Position numbers and translations under genes: made by a program. From assembly GCA_964457525.1 (NCBI GenBank), contig CAYWGS010000063.1, positions 1 through 8,421 on the forward strand: a DNA stretch of 8,421 nt, given 5' to 3'. This stretch comes from an uncultured Erysipelotrichaceae bacterium. Lineage in GTDB: Bacteria > Bacillota_I > Bacilli_A > Erysipelotrichales > Erysipelotrichaceae. The notes below the pieces were generated by a model. That model had not been told where the DNA came from and ran no database searches. It was given only the letters and a program-made list of their open reading frames with translations. Positions 8,370 through 8,421 of the stretch are shown here, one piece after another (the first letter of the stretch is position 1; each line of letters opens with the position of its first letter).

Positions 8370-8375
8370 TATGAT
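8346..8375 (+). promoter_or_regulatory. Candidate promoter for the unseen downstream gene
   Basis: TTAACA (8346..8351, 5/6 match), an 18-nt spacer, then TATGAT (8370..8375, 5/6 match). It spans the vanZ-like stop codon. AGGAGG (8413..8418) at the window edge suggests a plus-strand gene starts just beyond 8421. Confidence 0.3.
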
Positions 8376-8421
8376 CCCTCCAAAGTAGACAATACAAATA
8401 TGTAAAGTCGAAAGGAGGGAT

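Overview
AT-rich chromosomal segment that looks like low-GC Bacillota. TGA is used as a stop (ftsX, vanZ-like), so the standard bacterial code applies. Seven co-directional minus-strand genes fill 1..7887: a YitT-family membrane protein, then ftsE, ftsX, a secreted coiled-coil M23/LytM peptidase, an S41 C-terminal processing protease (PDZ plus peptidoglycan-binding domain), uvrB, and the 5' part of a GH1 (phospho-)beta-glucosidase. The GH1 gene is missing from the ORF track because it runs off the left edge. One divergent plus-strand gene (VanZ family) occupies 7923..8369. I saw no rRNA, tRNA, CRISPR, IS/transposon ends, integrase or long repeats. I do not see a convincing novel multi-gene system. 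This is a core cell-envelope/division plus DNA-repair neighbourhood, and from memory B. subtilis also has ftsEX, ctpB and uvrB in one region. The points worth a second look are modest. (1) The FtsEX-coupled M23 hydrolase keeps all catalytic residues and has three close cysteine pairs, an insertion and an unusual C-terminal tail. (2) Tight coupling of ctp/uvrB/GH1 with no uvrA and no visible SOS box. (3) The yitT-like gene has a GTG start, no Shine-Dalgarno (SD) sequence, and sits exactly 6 nt after a TGGTATAAT extended -10 element, a leaderless-mRNA geometry. (4) That -10 lies in a 10-bp palindrome, TATAATTATA, which also supplies a divergent -10 for the vanZ-like gene. (5) An 8-bp anti-SD/SD inverted repeat at the right edge. 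All promoter, terminator and structure calls come from reading the sequence by eye and are unverified.
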